A stretch of DNA of 64,000 nucleotides from Alphaproteobacteria bacterium (GTDB taxonomy: Bacteria; Pseudomonadota; Alphaproteobacteria; UBA828). The notes beneath the pieces were generated by a model, which saw only the letters and a list, made by a program, of their open reading frames with translations, was not told where the DNA came from and searched no databases. A program made the translations under genes and the position numbers. Every line of letters begins with the position of its first letter. Position 1 is the first letter of the stretch. Location: the NCBI GenBank assembly GCA_963422645.2, contig CAXXVO010000012.1, positions 160,001-224,000 on the forward strand, in the 5' to 3' direction. Below are positions 52,990-64,000 of the stretch, one piece after another.

Positions 52990-53998
52990 GGTGGGCGTCT
53001 GGAGCACTTACTTCTACCCGCTCTTCCTGACCGTCGGGTACATCCTCGCGATCGTGGTGCCGCTGCTGCTGGTATTGGCCTTCATCACCTATTTCGAGCG
53101 CAAGGTCTGGGCGGCAATCCAGCTGCGCAAGGGGCCCAATGTCGTGGGTCCTTTCGGCCTGCTGCAGCCGGTGGCGGACGGGATCAAGTGTCTCTTCAAG
53201 GAGACCATCATTCCTGCCGGCGCCAACCGGATGCTCTTCGTGCTGGCGCCGATGGTGACCTTCAGCCTGGGGCTCATCGGCTGGGCGGTGATCCCCTTCG
53301 ACCAGCATCTGGTGCTCGCCGACCTGAACGTGGGGCTGCTCTACCTCTTCGCGGTCTCTTCCCTCGGGGTCTACGGCATCATCATCGCGGGCTGGGCCAG
53401 CAACTCGAAGTACGCCTTTCTCGGCGCGCTGCGCTCGGCGGCGCAGATGGTCTCCTACGAGGTCTCCATCGGCTTCGTGCTGGTGACGGTGCTGCTCTGC
53501 GTCGGCTCGCTCAACCTCAACGACATCGTCGAGGCGCAGAGGGGGCTCTGGTTCTTCATCCCGCTCTTCCCGATGTTCGTGATCTACGTGGTGTCCGCGC
53601 TGGCCGAGACCAACCGCACGCCCTTCGACCTGCCGGAGGCCGAGGGCGAGCTGGTTGCCGGCTACCAGGTGGAATACTCGTCGATGACCTGGCTGCTCTT
53701 CATGATGGGGGAGTACGCCAACATCGTCCTCTTGAGCGCGCTCAGCGTGATCCTCTTCCTCGGCGGCTGGCTGCCGCCCTTCCACGTCGAGCCGCTGATG
53801 GCGGTTCCCGGCGTGGTCTGGTTCCTGCTGAAGACTGCGGTCGTTGTCTTCTTCTTCACCTGGACCCGCGCGACGCTGCCGCGCTACCGCTACGATCAGC
53901 TCATGCGGCTTGGCTGGAAGGTGTTCCTGCCGGCCTCGCTCGCCATGGTCGTGATCGTCGCAGGCGCGCTGCACGCGTTCGACTGGTTGCCGAGGTAA
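52982..53998 (+). CDS. nuoH: NADH-quinone oxidoreductase subunit H
   Basis: ERKV...[31 protein letters not shown]. Confidence 0.97.
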   Translation: MAEVGVWSTYFYPLFLTVGYILAIVVPLLLVLAFITYFERKVWAAIQLRKGPNVVGPFGLLQPVADGIKCLFKETIIPAGANRMLFVLAPMVTFSLGLIGWAVIPFDQHLVLADLNVGLLYLFAVSSLGVYGIIIAGWASNSKYAFLGALRSAAQMVSYEVSIGFVLVTVLLCVGSLNLNDIVEAQRGLWFFIPLFPMFVIYVVSALAETNRTPFDLPEAEGELVAGYQVEYSSMTWLLFMMGEYANIVLLSALSVILFLGGWLPPFHVEPLMAVPGVVWFLLKTAVVVFFFTWTRATLPRYRYDQLMRLGWKVFLPASLAMVVIVAGALHAFDWLPR

Positions 53999-54062
53999 GT
54001 CACTCTGGCGACGGCAGGTGGCCTGTGCTATGGCCGCGCCCGGCGCCAAATAGGAGGTCGCC

Positions 54063-54551
54063 ATGCCAGCGATTGAGCAGACAGTTCGATCCTTGCTCCT
54101 GACGGAGCTGGCGGTCGGACTCGGCGTGACCTTCAAGCAGATATTCAAGCGCAAGGCGACGCTCAACTACCCCTATGAGAAGGGCATGCTGAGCCCGCGT
54201 TTCCGCGGCGAGCACGCGCTCCGCCGCTATCCCAACGGCGAGGAGCGCTGCATCGCCTGCAAGCTGTGCGAGGCGATCTGCCCTGCGCAGGCCATCACCA
54301 TCGAGGCGGAGCCGAGGGAGGACGGCAGCCGGCGCACCACCCGTTACGACATCGACATGGTGAAGTGCATCTACTGCGGCTTTTGTGAGGAGGCCTGCCC
54401 GGTCGACGCCATCGTCGAGGGGCCGAATTTCGAGTTTGCCGCCGAGACCCGCGAGGAGCTGCTCTACAACAAGGACAAGCTGCTCGACAACGGCGACCGC
54501 TGGGAGCGGGAGATCGCCGCCAACCTGAGCGCGGAGGCACCTTACCGCTGA
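54063..54551 (+). CDS. nuoI: NADH-quinone oxidoreductase subunit I
   Basis: Two CxxCxxCxxxCP motifs. Confidence 0.97.
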   Translation: MPAIEQTVRSLLLTELAVGLGVTFKQIFKRKATLNYPYEKGMLSPRFRGEHALRRYPNGEERCIACKLCEAICPAQAITIEAEPREDGSRRTTRYDIDMVKCIYCGFCEEACPVDAIVEGPNFEFAAETREELLYNKDKLLDNGDRWEREIAANLSAEAPYR

Positions 54552-54600
54552 GCCGGCATCGGCAGGGGCGGAACGGTAAGCCAAGCGGGATCGCGGCACG

Positions 54601-55230
54601 ATGATCATCCAGACGATCATGTTCTACGTCCTCGCCGTGGCGACGGTGGGCGCGGGCGTCATGGTGATCGCCTCGCGCAACCCGGTTCACTCGGTGCTCT
54701 TCCTGATCCTGGCGTTCTTCAACTCGGCCGGGCTCTTCGTGATGATGGGTGCCGAGTTCCTGGCGATGATCCTGATCATCGTCTACGTCGGCGCCGTCGC
54801 CGTGCTCTTCCTCTTCGTCGTGATGATGCTGAACATCAACTTCGCGGAGCTGCGCGCGGGCTTCCTGCAATACCTGCCCATCGGCGGGGTCATCGGCATC
54901 ATCCTGCTTGCCGAGCTTGTGCTGGTCTTCGCCTCGGGCGTCATCGACATCGAGGTGCCGACGACGGTCGCGTCGCCGACGCCGGCCGCTGACGAGATCT
55001 CCAATACCCAGGCGCTGGGCGACGTGCTCTACACGCACTACGCCTACCTCTTCCAGGGCGCGGGATTCATCCTCTTGATCGCGATGGTGGGCGCCATCGT
55101 GCTCACCCACCGTCGGCGCACCGACGTGAGGCGCCAGCGCATCGCCGATCAGGTGGCGCGCGATCCCAAGGCTGCCGTTCAGGTCACCGACATCGAGCCG
55201 GGCGCGGAGGGGACATGGAAATCGGACTGA
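54601..55230 (+). CDS. nuoJ: NADH-quinone oxidoreductase subunit J
   Basis: [26 protein letters not shown]. Confidence 0.96.
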   Translation: MIIQTIMFYVLAVATVGAGVMVIASRNPVHSVLFLILAFFNSAGLFVMMGAEFLAMILIIVYVGAVAVLFLFVVMMLNINFAELRAGFLQYLPIGGVIGIILLAELVLVFASGVIDIEVPTTVASPTPAADEISNTQALGDVLYTHYAYLFQGAGFILLIAMVGAIVLTHRRRTDVRRQRIADQVARDPKAAVQVTDIEPGAEGTWKSD

Positions 55231-55523
55231 CCCATTATCTCACCGTGGCCGCGATCCTCTTCACCCTCGGCGTCGTCGGCATCTTCCTCAACCGCAAGAA
55301 CGTCATCATCATCCTGATGGCGATCGAGCTGATGCTGCTTGCCGTCAACATCAATCTGGTCGCCTTCTCGACCTTCCTCAACGACATGGTGGGCCAGGTC
55401 TTCGCCATGCTCGTGCTCACGGTCGCGGCTGCAGAGGCTGCGATCGGCCTCGCCATCCTGGTCGTCTACTTCCGCAATCGCGGCAGCATCGCCGTCGAGG
55501 ACGTCAACGTGATGAAGGGTTAG
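55215..55523 (+). CDS. nuoK: NADH-quinone oxidoreductase subunit K
   Basis: [17 protein letters not shown]. Confidence 0.96.
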   Translation: MEIGLTHYLTVAAILFTLGVVGIFLNRKNVIIILMAIELMLLAVNINLVAFSTFLNDMVGQVFAMLVLTVAAAEAAIGLAILVVYFRNRGSIAVEDVNVMKG

Positions 55524-55529
55524 GGGCCG

Positions 55530-57458
55530 GTGCTCTATTACGCCGCGCCCATTTTCCTGCCCCTCTTCGGGGCGGTGATCGCCGGCCTGTTCGGCCGGGT
55601 GATTGGCGCGCGCGGTGCCCAGTTCGTGAGCTGCGGCGCGATGGGCGCCGCGGCGGTGATGGCGATCGTGGTCTTCACCGAGGTCGTGCTCCAGGGCGAG
55701 ACCGCGACCATCGTCCTCTTCGACTGGTTCGCCTCAGGCGATCTCGACGTCGACTGGCTGCTCAGGTTCGACGAGCTGACCGCAGTGATGGTCTTCGTCG
55801 TCTGCGTGGTCTCGTTCCTGATCCACGTCTATTCGATCGGCTACATGGCGCACGACCCCCATGTGCCGCGCTTCTTCGCCTACCTCTCGCTCTTCACCTT
55901 CTTCATGCTGGCGCTGGTCAGCGCCGACAACTTCCTGCAGATGTTCTTCGGCTGGGAGGGCGTCGGCCTCGTCTCCTATCTGCTGATCGGATTCTGGTAC
56001 AAGCGGCCGGCGGCGAATGCCGCGGCGATCAAGGCCTTCATCGTCAACCGGGTGGGCGACTTCGGCTTCGCGCTGGGCATCCTCGCCATCTTCCTGATGT
56101 TCGACACCGTCTCGTTCGACGCCGTATTCGCCGGCGCGCCAGGGATGGTGGACGCCGAGCTCACCTTCCTCGGCCATTCCTTCGACTTCCTGGAGGTCGC
56201 CTGCATCCTGTTCTTCGTCGGCGCCATGGGGAAATCGGCGCAGTTCCTGCTGCACACCTGGTTGCCGGATGCGATGGAAGGGCCGACGCCGGTCTCCGCG
56301 CTGATCCATGCCGCGACCATGGTGACCGCCGGCGTCTTCATGGTGGCGCGGCTCTCGCCGATCTTCGAATACGCGCCGATCGCGCTCTCGGTGGTGACCT
56401 TCTTCGGCGCGACGACGGCGATCTTCGCCGCGACCATCGCGATTACCCAAAACGACATCAAGCGGGTGATCGCCTATTCGACCTGCAGTCAGCTCGGCTA
56501 CATGTTCTTCGCCTGCGGCGTGTCCGCCTACGGCGCCGGCATCTTCCACCTGACCACGCATGCGTTCTTCAAGGCGCTGCTCTTCCTCGGTGCGGGCGCG
56601 GTGATCCACGCCATGTCGGACGAGCAGGACATGCGCAAGATGGGCGGCATCTGGCGCATGATCCCGGTGACCTACGTGCTGATGTGGATCGGCAACCTGG
56701 CGCTCGCCGGGATCTTCCCCTTCTCGGGCTTCTTCTCGAAGGACATCATCCTGGAGTCCGCCTTCGCCTCGCACACCGGACTCGGCATGTACGCCTTCGG
56801 ACTGGGCATCCTGGCGGCGTTCCTGACCGCGTTCTATTCGTGGCGGCTGCTCTTCCTGACCTTCCACGGCAAGCCGCGCGCCGATGAGAAGGTGATGGCG
56901 CACGTGCACGAGGCGCCGGCGGTGATGTGGGTGCCGCTGGTGGGGCTCGCCATCGGCGCCATCGTGATCGGCTACCTGATGCTGCCGATGGTGGCGACCG
57001 ACATCGACTTCTGGGGCACCTCGATCCTCGTCCTGCCGATCCATAACGCGCTGGAGGAGGCGCACCACGTCGACTTCTGGGTCAAGGCGCTGCCGATGGC
57101 GGTGGGCGTGCTCGGGATCGCCGGCGCCTTCCTGTTCTACGTGCTGAAGCCGGATCTGCCCGGCCGGCTCGCCACCCGCGCGCGGCCTGTCTACCTCTTC
57201 CTGCTCAACAAGTGGTACTTCGACGAGCTCTACGACATCCTCTTCGTGCGCTCCGCCAAGTATCTCGGGCGCAACCTCTGGAAGCAGGGCGACGGCGCCG
57301 TGATCGACGGCATCGGGCCGGATGGCATCGCCGCCGCGACGCTCTCGGTCGCACGTCGCGCGGTGAAACTTCAGTCAGGCTACGTCTATCACTACGCCTT
57401 CGCGATGCTGCTGGGGCTTGCGGCCATCGTCACCTGGTATCTGATCGCCGGCAGGTAG
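55530..57458 (+). CDS. nuoL: NADH-quinone oxidoreductase subunit L
   Basis: GWEGVG, WLPDAMEGPTPVSALIHAATMV, HAFFKALLFL. Confidence 0.97.
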   Translation: MLYYAAPIFLPLFGAVIAGLFGRVIGARGAQFVSCGAMGAAAVMAIVVFTEVVLQGETATIVLFDWFASGDLDVDWLLRFDELTAVMVFVVCVVSFLIHVYSIGYMAHDPHVPRFFAYLSLFTFFMLALVSADNFLQMFFGWEGVGLVSYLLIGFWYKRPAANAAAIKAFIVNRVGDFGFALGILAIFLMFDTVSFDAVFAGAPGMVDAELTFLGHSFDFLEVACILFFVGAMGKSAQFLLHTWLPDAMEGPTPVSALIHAATMVTAGVFMVARLSPIFEYAPIALSVVTFFGATTAIFAATIAITQNDIKRVIAYSTCSQLGYMFFACGVSAYGAGIFHLTTHAFFKALLFLGAGAVIHAMSDEQDMRKMGGIWRMIPVTYVLMWIGNLALAGIFPFSGFFSKDIILESAFASHTGLGMYAFGLGILAAFLTAFYSWRLLFLTFHGKPRADEKVMAHVHEAPAVMWVPLVGLAIGAIVIGYLMLPMVATDIDFWGTSILVLPIHNALEEAHHVDFWVKALPMAVGVLGIAGAFLFYVLKPDLPGRLATRARPVYLFLLNKWYFDELYDILFVRSAKYLGRNLWKQGDGAVIDGIGPDGIAAATLSVARRAVKLQSGYVYHYAFAMLLGLAAIVTWYLIAGR

Positions 57459-57462
57459 CGGC

Positions 57463-59001
57463 ATGACCGATTGGCCGATCCTGTCCACCGTCACCTTCCT
57501 GCCGCTGGTGGGCGTATTCTTCATCCTGCTTATTCGTGGGGACGAGCGGCAGATCGCGGCCAACTCCCGCCACGTGGCGCTATGGACCTCGGTGGTCACG
57601 TTCGCGCTCTCGATCTTGCTGGTCGCGGATTTCGACACCTCGACCGCCGAGTTCCAGTTCGTCGAGTTGGTGCCGTGGCTGCCCGAGCACAACATCGGCT
57701 ACCACCTGGGCGTCGACGGGATCTCGATCTTCTTCCTGATCCTGACCACGTTCCTGATCCCGATCTGCATCCTCGCCTCGTGGGAGGCGATCGCGACGCG
57801 CGTGCGCGAATTCATGATCGCCTTCCTGGTGATGGAGACGCTGATCGTCGGTGTCTTCTGCTCCCTCGACTTCGTGATGTTCTACATCTTCTTCGAGGGC
57901 CAGCTGATTCCGATGTTCCTGATCATCGGCATCTGGGGCGGCGCGCGGCGGGTCTATTCGGCCTTCAAGTTCTTCCTCTACACGCTGGTGGGCTCGGTGC
58001 TCTTCCTGCTGGCGATCCTGTTCATGTACCTCGACGCCGGCACCACCGACATCCCGATGCTGCTCGTGCACGAGTTCGCGCCGGCGATACAGACCTGGCT
58101 CTGGCTCGCGCTCTTCGCCTCCTTCGCCGTCAAGCTGCCGATGTGGCCCTTCCACACCTGGTTGCCGGACGCCCACGTGGAGGCGCCGACGGCGGGCTCG
58201 GTGATCCTCGCCGGCATCCTGCTGAAGATGGGGGGCTACGGCTTCCTCCGCTTCTCGCTGCCGATGCTGCCGGATGCGAGCGCCTACTTCGTGCCCTTCG
58301 TCTATTCGCTGAGCGTGGTCGCGATCATCTACACCTCGCTGGTCGCGCTCATGCAGCAGGACATGAAGAAGCTGATCGCCTACTCCTCGGTCGCCCACAT
58401 GGGGATCGTCACCATCGGCATCTTCACCTTTACCGGCCAGGGCATCGAGGGCGGCATCATCCAGATGCTGAGCCACGGCATCGTCTCGGCGGCGCTCTTC
58501 CTCTGCGTCGGCGTGGTCTACGACCGCACCCACACCCGCGAGATCGCGGACTACGGCGGGCTGGTGCACCGCATGCCGATCTACGCCTTCGTGCTGATGG
58601 TGTTCACGCTGGCCGCGATCGGCCTGCCCGGCACCAGCGGTTTCGTCGGCGAGTTCATGGTGCTGGTGGGCGCCTTCCAGTCCAACACCTGGGTCGCCAT
58701 GCTGGCGCTCACCGGCGTGATCCTGGGCGCCGCCTACATGCTCTGGCTCTACCGGCGCGTGATCTTCGGCGAGCTCACCAAGGAGAACCTCAAGTCGATC
58801 ACCGACCTCAACTGGCGCGAGGTCGGCATCTTCGCGCCGCTGGTCTCGCTTGCACTGGTGCTGGGGCTCTATCCCGAGCCCTTCCTCGACGTGCTGCACG
58901 TCTCGGTCGAGAACCTGATCGCGCAGACCAAGGGGGCGCCGCCGCTGCCGATCGCCGGGCCTGAGAGCGTGCCGGTGCCCGCGCTCGCGGCGCTGAATTA
59001 G
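57463..59001 (+). CDS. nuoM: NADH-quinone oxidoreductase subunit M
   Basis: [28 protein letters not shown]. Confidence 0.97.
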   Translation: MTDWPILSTVTFLPLVGVFFILLIRGDERQIAANSRHVALWTSVVTFALSILLVADFDTSTAEFQFVELVPWLPEHNIGYHLGVDGISIFFLILTTFLIPICILASWEAIATRVREFMIAFLVMETLIVGVFCSLDFVMFYIFFEGQLIPMFLIIGIWGGARRVYSAFKFFLYTLVGSVLFLLAILFMYLDAGTTDIPMLLVHEFAPAIQTWLWLALFASFAVKLPMWPFHTWLPDAHVEAPTAGSVILAGILLKMGGYGFLRFSLPMLPDASAYFVPFVYSLSVVAIIYTSLVALMQQDMKKLIAYSSVAHMGIVTIGIFTFTGQGIEGGIIQMLSHGIVSAALFLCVGVVYDRTHTREIADYGGLVHRMPIYAFVLMVFTLAAIGLPGTSGFVGEFMVLVGAFQSNTWVAMLALTGVILGAAYMLWLYRRVIFGELTKENLKSITDLNWREVGIFAPLVSLALVLGLYPEPFLDVLHVSVENLIAQTKGAPPLPIAGPESVPVPALAALN

Positions 59002-59011
59002 GGGCGGGGCG

Positions 59012-60472
59012 ATGCAACCCTTCGTCGAGCCGGACTATCTGCCCGCGCTGCCGGAGCTCTTCCTCGCAGGCGCCTCGGTCGTCCTGCTGATGGCCGGCGT
59101 CTTCATCGGCGACCGCTCGACCCGGCTGATGACCTGGCTCGCCTGCGTCGCCATGGCCGCCGCCTTCGTCATGGTGCTGATACTCCCCGACGAGCGGACG
59201 ACCACCTTCTTCGGGCTCTTCGTGGTCGACCGCTTCGCCGCCTTCATGAAGTGCCTGGTGTTGGTGGGAGCGGCGGTGACGCTGATCGTCGGCCTCGGCT
59301 ACGTGAAGCGCGAGGGGATGAACCGCTTCGAGTTCCCGGTGCTGATCGTGTTCGCCACCCTCGGCATGATGCTGATGATCTCGGCGAACGACCTGATCGC
59401 GCTCTATGTGGGGCTCGAGCTGCAGAGCCTCTCGCTCTACATCGTCGCCGCGTTCCGCCGGGATTCGCTGCGCTCGACCGAGGCCGGCCTCAAGTACTTC
59501 GTACTGGGCGCGATCTCGTCGGGCCTGCTGCTCTACGGCTGCTCCATGGTCTACGGCTTCACCGGCGTGACCGGCTTCGAAGGGATCGCCGAAGCGCTGG
59601 CCACCACCGTGCCGGGTAACGTGGCGGCGGAGACGGGCGTCCTGATCGGGCTCGTGTTCATCGCCGCGGCGCTGGCCTTCAAGGTCTCGGCGGTGCCCTT
59701 CCACATGTGGACGCCCGACGTCTACGAGGGCGCGCCGACACCGGTCACCGCCTTCTTCGCGGCGGCGCCCAAGGTCGCGGCCATGGCGCTGCTGCTCCGG
59801 GTCTTCCTCGGCCCCTTCCACGAGCTTGCGGGCCAGTGGGACCAGATCATCATCTTCATCTCGATCGCCTCGATGGGCCTCGGCGCCTTCGCCGCCATCG
59901 GCCAGAAGAACATCAAGCGGCTGATGGCCTACAGCTCCATCGGTCATGTCGGCTACGCGCTGGTCGGGCTCTCGGCGGGCACGCCCGAAGGCATCCGGGG
60001 CGTGCTCGTCTACATGTTGATCTACATGGTGATGACCCTCGGCGGCTTCGCCTGCATCCTCGCCATGCGCCAGCGCGGCCAGATGGTAGAGGAGATCAGC
60101 GATCTCTCCGGCCTCTCCAAGACCAACCCGGCTCTTGCGTTGGCGATGGCGATCTTCATGTTCTCGATGGCGGGCATCCCGCCGCTCGCCGGCTTCTTCG
60201 GCAAGCTCTACGTGTTCCTGGCCGCGGTGGATGAGGGGCTCTACGGGCTCGCCGTCTTCGGGGTGTTGGCGAGCGTTGTCGGCGCCTACTACTACATTCG
60301 GATCGTCAAGGTGATGTACTTCGACGAGCCGACGGAAGGCTTCGACCGCCCGGTCGGCCTGGAGCTTTCCGCCGTGCTCGCGGGCACGGGCATCATCACG
60401 CTCTTCTTCTTCGCCTACCCGGCGCCCATTCTGGCCGGGGCGGAAGCCGCTGCCGCGGCGCTCATGCCCTGA
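59012..60472 (+). CDS. nuoN: NADH-quinone oxidoreductase subunit N
   Basis: [28 protein letters not shown]. Confidence 0.97.
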   Translation: MQPFVEPDYLPALPELFLAGASVVLLMAGVFIGDRSTRLMTWLACVAMAAAFVMVLILPDERTTTFFGLFVVDRFAAFMKCLVLVGAAVTLIVGLGYVKREGMNRFEFPVLIVFATLGMMLMISANDLIALYVGLELQSLSLYIVAAFRRDSLRSTEAGLKYFVLGAISSGLLLYGCSMVYGFTGVTGFEGIAEALATTVPGNVAAETGVLIGLVFIAAALAFKVSAVPFHMWTPDVYEGAPTPVTAFFAAAPKVAAMALLLRVFLGPFHELAGQWDQIIIFISIASMGLGAFAAIGQKNIKRLMAYSSIGHVGYALVGLSAGTPEGIRGVLVYMLIYMVMTLGGFACILAMRQRGQMVEEISDLSGLSKTNPALALAMAIFMFSMAGIPPLAGFFGKLYVFLAAVDEGLYGLAVFGVLASVVGAYYYIRIVKVMYFDEPTEGFDRPVGLELSAVLAGTGIITLFFFAYPAPILAGAEAAAAALMP

Positions 60473-61275
60473 GCGCGACCCCCGCCACCACGCCCCTGCC
60501 GCCGGCGACGCTGCCGCCGGGCTACGCTCTGATCGCCCTCGACGAAGCCGGCAGCACCAACGACGAGGCCAAGGAGCGCGCGGCCCGCGGCGCGCCGGAG
60601 GGCACGGTCGTCTGGGCGCGCGTACAGCGGGCCGGGCGCGGCAGACGGGGCCGCTCCTGGGTCTCGCCGCCGGGGAATCTCTACTTCTCCGTGATCCTCC
60701 GCCCGGCCTGCGAAGCGCGGAGCGTAGCCCAGCTCTCCTTCGTTGCCGCGCTTGCCGTCCTCGACCTCGTGGATGGAGCGTTGCCCGGCCAGGCGCGCTG
60801 CAAGTGGCCGAACGATGTGCTCGTGGATGGCGGCAAGGTCGCCGGCGTTCTTCTTGAATCCGCGCTCGGGCCGGGCGGGCGCGTGGACTGGGTGGTGCTC
60901 GGCATCGGCGTGAACCTCGCAAGCCATCCGGGGCTCGAGGGTCCCGTTCCTTCGACGAGCCTCTCCGCCGCTGGCGCGCCGGCGCTTGCGCCGGAGGACG
61001 CGCTCTGCTCGGTGCTGGTGGCTCTTGCCCAGCGTCGGCGGCAATGGGAAACCCAGGGCTTCGCGGCGGTACGAAGCGCCTGGCTCGCCCGCGCCCACGG
61101 TCTCGGCGGCCCCGTGACGGTCGTGAATGGCGAGCGGCGCCTGACTGGGGTCTTCGAAGCCCTCGACGAGGAGGGCGCGCTGGTGCTCGCTCAGCCGGGC
61201 GGGGAGCGACTCTCGATCGCGGCCGGCGATGTGTTCTTCGGCGATGCGGAAGCGGCGCATGCTGCTCGCGGTTGA
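60469..61275 (+). CDS. birA: biotin-[acetyl-CoA-carboxylase] ligase (start uncertain)
   Basis: [37 protein letters not shown]. Confidence 0.92.
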   Translation: MSATPATTPLPPATLPPGYALIALDEAGSTNDEAKERAARGAPEGTVVWARVQRAGRGRRGRSWVSPPGNLYFSVILRPACEARSVAQLSFVAALAVLDLVDGALPGQARCKWPNDVLVDGGKVAGVLLESALGPGGRVDWVVLGIGVNLASHPGLEGPVPSTSLSAAGAPALAPEDALCSVLVALAQRRRQWETQGFAAVRSAWLARAHGLGGPVTVVNGERRLTGVFEALDEEGALVLAQPGGERLSIAAGDVFFGDAEAAHAARG

Positions 61276-62050
61276 CGCCGGCAACACCAACACCGTCTTC
61301 GCCGTGTTCGACGAGGCCGGGGAAGGGGAAGAGGCACCGCGCGGCCAGTGGCGGGCCATGACCGACGCCCGGCGGACGAGCGACGAGTACGCGGTCTGGC
61401 TCGGGCAGCTTCTGGCGCAGGCCGGCGTGCGCCTCGCCGATATCGACGAGGCCATCGTCTCCAGCGTGGTGCCGCAGGGGATCGGCGCGCTGAAATCCCT
61501 TTGCGCCGACCATTGCGGCTGCGAGGCGCAAGTGGTCGGCGAGCCGGGGGTCGAGCTCGGCATCGCGGTCAACGTGCCCCGGCCCGAGGAGGTGGGGGCC
61601 GACCGGCTGGTCAACACGATAGGTGCCCATATCCGCCATCCGGGCGCGCTCGTCATTCTCGACTTCGGCACCGCGACCACCTTCGATTCCGTGAGCGCCG
61701 AGGGGGCGTACGAAGGCGGCATCATCGCGCCCGGTATCGGACTTTCGCTGGAGGCACTGCACCAGGCCGCTGCGCAGTTGCCGCGCATCGCGGTCAAGCG
61801 CCCCGAGCAGGTGATCGCCAAGGCGACGGTGCCGGCCATGCAGTCCGGCATCTACTGGGGCTACGTGGGGCTGATCGAAGGGATCGTTGCGCGTATGAAG
61901 GCCGAGATCGCGGCACCGGTGACGACGGTCGCAACCGGCGGGCTGGCCGGCCTCTTCGGCGATGCCACGGACGCGATCGACGCGGTCGATCCCGATCTGA
62001 CGATTCGAGGCCTGCGCGAGACTCACCGGCGCAACCGGGAAAAGCGATGA
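61259..62050 (+). CDS. coaX: type III pantothenate kinase
   Basis: [27 protein letters not shown]. Confidence 0.95.
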   Translation: MLLAVDAGNTNTVFAVFDEAGEGEEAPRGQWRAMTDARRTSDEYAVWLGQLLAQAGVRLADIDEAIVSSVVPQGIGALKSLCADHCGCEAQVVGEPGVELGIAVNVPRPEEVGADRLVNTIGAHIRHPGALVILDFGTATTFDSVSAEGAYEGGIIAPGIGLSLEALHQAAAQLPRIAVKRPEQVIAKATVPAMQSGIYWGYVGLIEGIVARMKAEIAAPVTTVATGGLAGLFGDATDAIDAVDPDLTIRGLRETHRRNREKR

Positions 62051-63732
62051 ACGAGCCCTCGACGGCTGCCGCGCCCAGTATGCAGCGCGACGCGCTGCAC
62101 TTCCTGCCGCTCGGCGGGGCCGGCGAGATCGGCATGAACCTCAACCTCTACGCCTGCCAGGGCCAGTGGCTGATGGTCGATCTCGGCATCACCTTTGCAG
62201 GCGACACGCTGCCCGGGATCGACGTGCTCATGCCGGACCCGGCCTTTATCGAAGAGCGTCGGAAGGACCTGCTCGCGATCGTGCTGACCCATGCCCACGA
62301 GGACCATCTGGGTGCGGTCGCCTATCTCTGGCCGAGGCTACGCTGCCCCGTGTACGCGACCCCCTTCGCAGCCGCGGTGCTGCGCGAGAAGCTGGCGGAC
62401 GCGAAGCTGCTCTCGGAGTTGCCGCTGACCGAAGTGGCGCTCTCGGGCCGGCTCGACCTCGGGCCCTTCGCGCTCACCTTCATCTCGCTCACCCATTCGA
62501 TTCCCGAGTCGAACGCGCTGCTCATCGAGACACCCTACGGGCGGGTCATGCACACCGGCGATTGGAAGATCGATCCTGACCCGTTGGTCGGCGATCCCCT
62601 GGACGAGGCCGCGCTGCGGCAGGCGGGTGAGGCCGGCGTGCTTGCGCTGGTGGGCGATTCCACGAACGCGACGGTCGAGGGAGAGTCGGGGTCGGAGGGC
62701 GAGGTGCGCGAAACGCTCACGCGTCTCATCGCCGAGCGCGAGCACGGCCTCGCCGTCACCCTCTTCGCCTCCAACGTCGCTCGGCTCGAATCGGTGGCGC
62801 TGGCGGCGCGGGATGCGGGACGAGAGCCGGTGCTGGTCGGGCGCTCGCTCCATCGCTACGTGCGGGCGGCGCGCGGCTGCGGCTATCTCGACGGCGTTCG
62901 GCTGCTCACGGAGGACGAGGGCGCGCCGCTGCACAGCGGCCAGGTGGTCTATCTCTGTACCGGCTGCCAGGGCGAGCCGCGCGCTGCGATGGCCCGGATT
63001 GCCGGCGACAGCCACCCGCGGGTGAGCCTCGGCGAAGGCGACACCGTGATCTTCTCGTCGAAGATCATTCCCGGCAACGAGCGGCCCATCGGCGACCTGC
63101 ACAACCGGCTGCTGCGGCGCGGTATCGAGGTCATCACGGAGGAGGACGCGGGCGTCCACGTCTCCGGCCATCCCTGCCGGGGCGAGCTACGCCAGATGTA
63201 CCAGTGGATCCGGCCGCAGATCGCGGTGCCGGTGCACGGCGAAGCGCGCCACATGCAGGCCCACGGCGCGCTGGCCCGCGCGCTGCAGGTGCCGGAGCCG
63301 GTCTTCGTCGAGAACGGCGACCTGCTGCGCCTCGCGCCGGGGCCGGCAAGGGTGATCGGCCGCGCGCCGGCCGGGCGGCTCGCGCTGGACGGCGAGCGGA
63401 TCGTCGCAACCAATCACGTCTCGATCGGCGCGCGGCGCAAGCTGATGCACAATGGGGCGGTCTTCGTCTCGGTCGTGGTCGACCGCAGCGGGCGCACCCT
63501 GGTCTCGCCCCAGGTCTCGGGCCGGGGCATCCTGGACGGCGAGGGCGAGCAAGAGGCGCGGGAGGCGATTGCGGCAGACGTGGCAGACGCGGTGGACTCG
63601 CTGCCGCGGGCGCAGGCCCGGGAGGAGAGTGCGATCGAGCAGGCGGTGCGGCAAGCCATCCGGCGCGCGCTGCGCGCGAGCCACGGCAAGCGCCCGGTGA
63701 TCGATGTGCAGATCTCGCGGGTGCCGGGCTGA
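62047..63732 (+). CDS. rnj: ribonuclease J
   Basis: PLGGAGEIGMN, THAHEDH, HSIPE, HVSGH, PVHGE. Confidence 0.95.
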   Translation: MNEPSTAAAPSMQRDALHFLPLGGAGEIGMNLNLYACQGQWLMVDLGITFAGDTLPGIDVLMPDPAFIEERRKDLLAIVLTHAHEDHLGAVAYLWPRLRCPVYATPFAAAVLREKLADAKLLSELPLTEVALSGRLDLGPFALTFISLTHSIPESNALLIETPYGRVMHTGDWKIDPDPLVGDPLDEAALRQAGEAGVLALVGDSTNATVEGESGSEGEVRETLTRLIAEREHGLAVTLFASNVARLESVALAARDAGREPVLVGRSLHRYVRAARGCGYLDGVRLLTEDEGAPLHSGQVVYLCTGCQGEPRAAMARIAGDSHPRVSLGEGDTVIFSSKIIPGNERPIGDLHNRLLRRGIEVITEEDAGVHVSGHPCRGELRQMYQWIRPQIAVPVHGEARHMQAHGALARALQVPEPVFVENGDLLRLAPGPARVIGRAPAGRLALDGERIVATNHVSIGARRKLMHNGAVFVSVVVDRSGRTLVSPQVSGRGILDGEGEQEAREAIAADVADAVDSLPRAQAREESAIEQAVRQAIRRALRASHGKRPVIDVQISRVPG

Positions 63733-63745
63733 GCGGAGCGGGACC

Positions 63746-64000
63746 ATGATCGGACGCCTGAACCATGTCGCCATCGCCGTGCCCGACCTCGCGGCGGCGA
63801 GCGCGCTCTACCGCGGGACCCTGGGCGCCGAGGTCTCCGAGCCCCTGGACCTGCCGGAGCACGGGGTGACGACGGTCTTCGTCACACTGCCCAACACCAA
63901 GCTCGAACTGCTGCATCCCTTTGGGGAGGGTTCGCCCATCGCGGGCTTCCTCGCGAAGAACCCGGCGGGCGGTATCCATCATCTTTGCTACGAGGTGGAC
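63746..64000 (+). CDS. mce: methylmalonyl-CoA epimerase (runs off the window)
   Basis: RLNHVAIAVPDL...EHGVTTVFV...KLELL...GGIHHLCYEV. Confidence 0.92.
   Translation, partial: MIGRLNHVAIAVPDLAAASALYRGTLGAEVSEPLDLPEHGVTTVFVTLPNTKLELLHPFGEGSPIAGFLAKNPAGGIHHLCYEVD

Noticed and set aside
1-64000. CRISPR array or rRNA
   Set aside because: No repeat-spacer array or rRNA-like sequence seen; repeats are element ends or short motifs
46266-64000. nuoA-N, birA, coaX, rnj, mce block
   Set aside because: Standard conserved alphaproteobacterial gene order

Overview
High-GC alphaproteobacterial (Rhodospirillales-like) chromosome segment. Housekeeping blocks: his cluster (HIT-hisE-hisF-hisA-GNAT-hisH-DUF2628-hisB), pxpA, ubiD, and HU-tRNA-Val-tRNA-Asp-nuoA..N-birA-coaX-rnj-mce. 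Two heavily invaded accessory zones lie between them. (1) comM (71-11618) is split by an IS110 element (188-1955) and by an 8.25-kb TGTAG...CTACA Mu-like element with a 5-bp target duplication (2347-10596). That element keeps only DNA-packaging genes, a tail-fibre-like tip and a QueC-like PP-loop gene; it has no transposase of its own and carries an IS1634. (2) A nested pile-up at 20.3-37.5 kb includes a 5.2-kb TG...CA transposon (23975-29163) encoding a DDE transposase, an ExeA-type ATPase, an AAA_25 helicase-like protein, a Toprim primase-like protein and a candidate iteron origin, i.e. a possible self-replicating transposon. The same zone has an orphan Mu-like end, an IS21, a large ISNCY-like element and an IS66 carrying a DNA adenine methyltransferase. 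A second IS66 sits exactly on the HU start codon. Family calls come from motif recognition by eye; no database searches were run.
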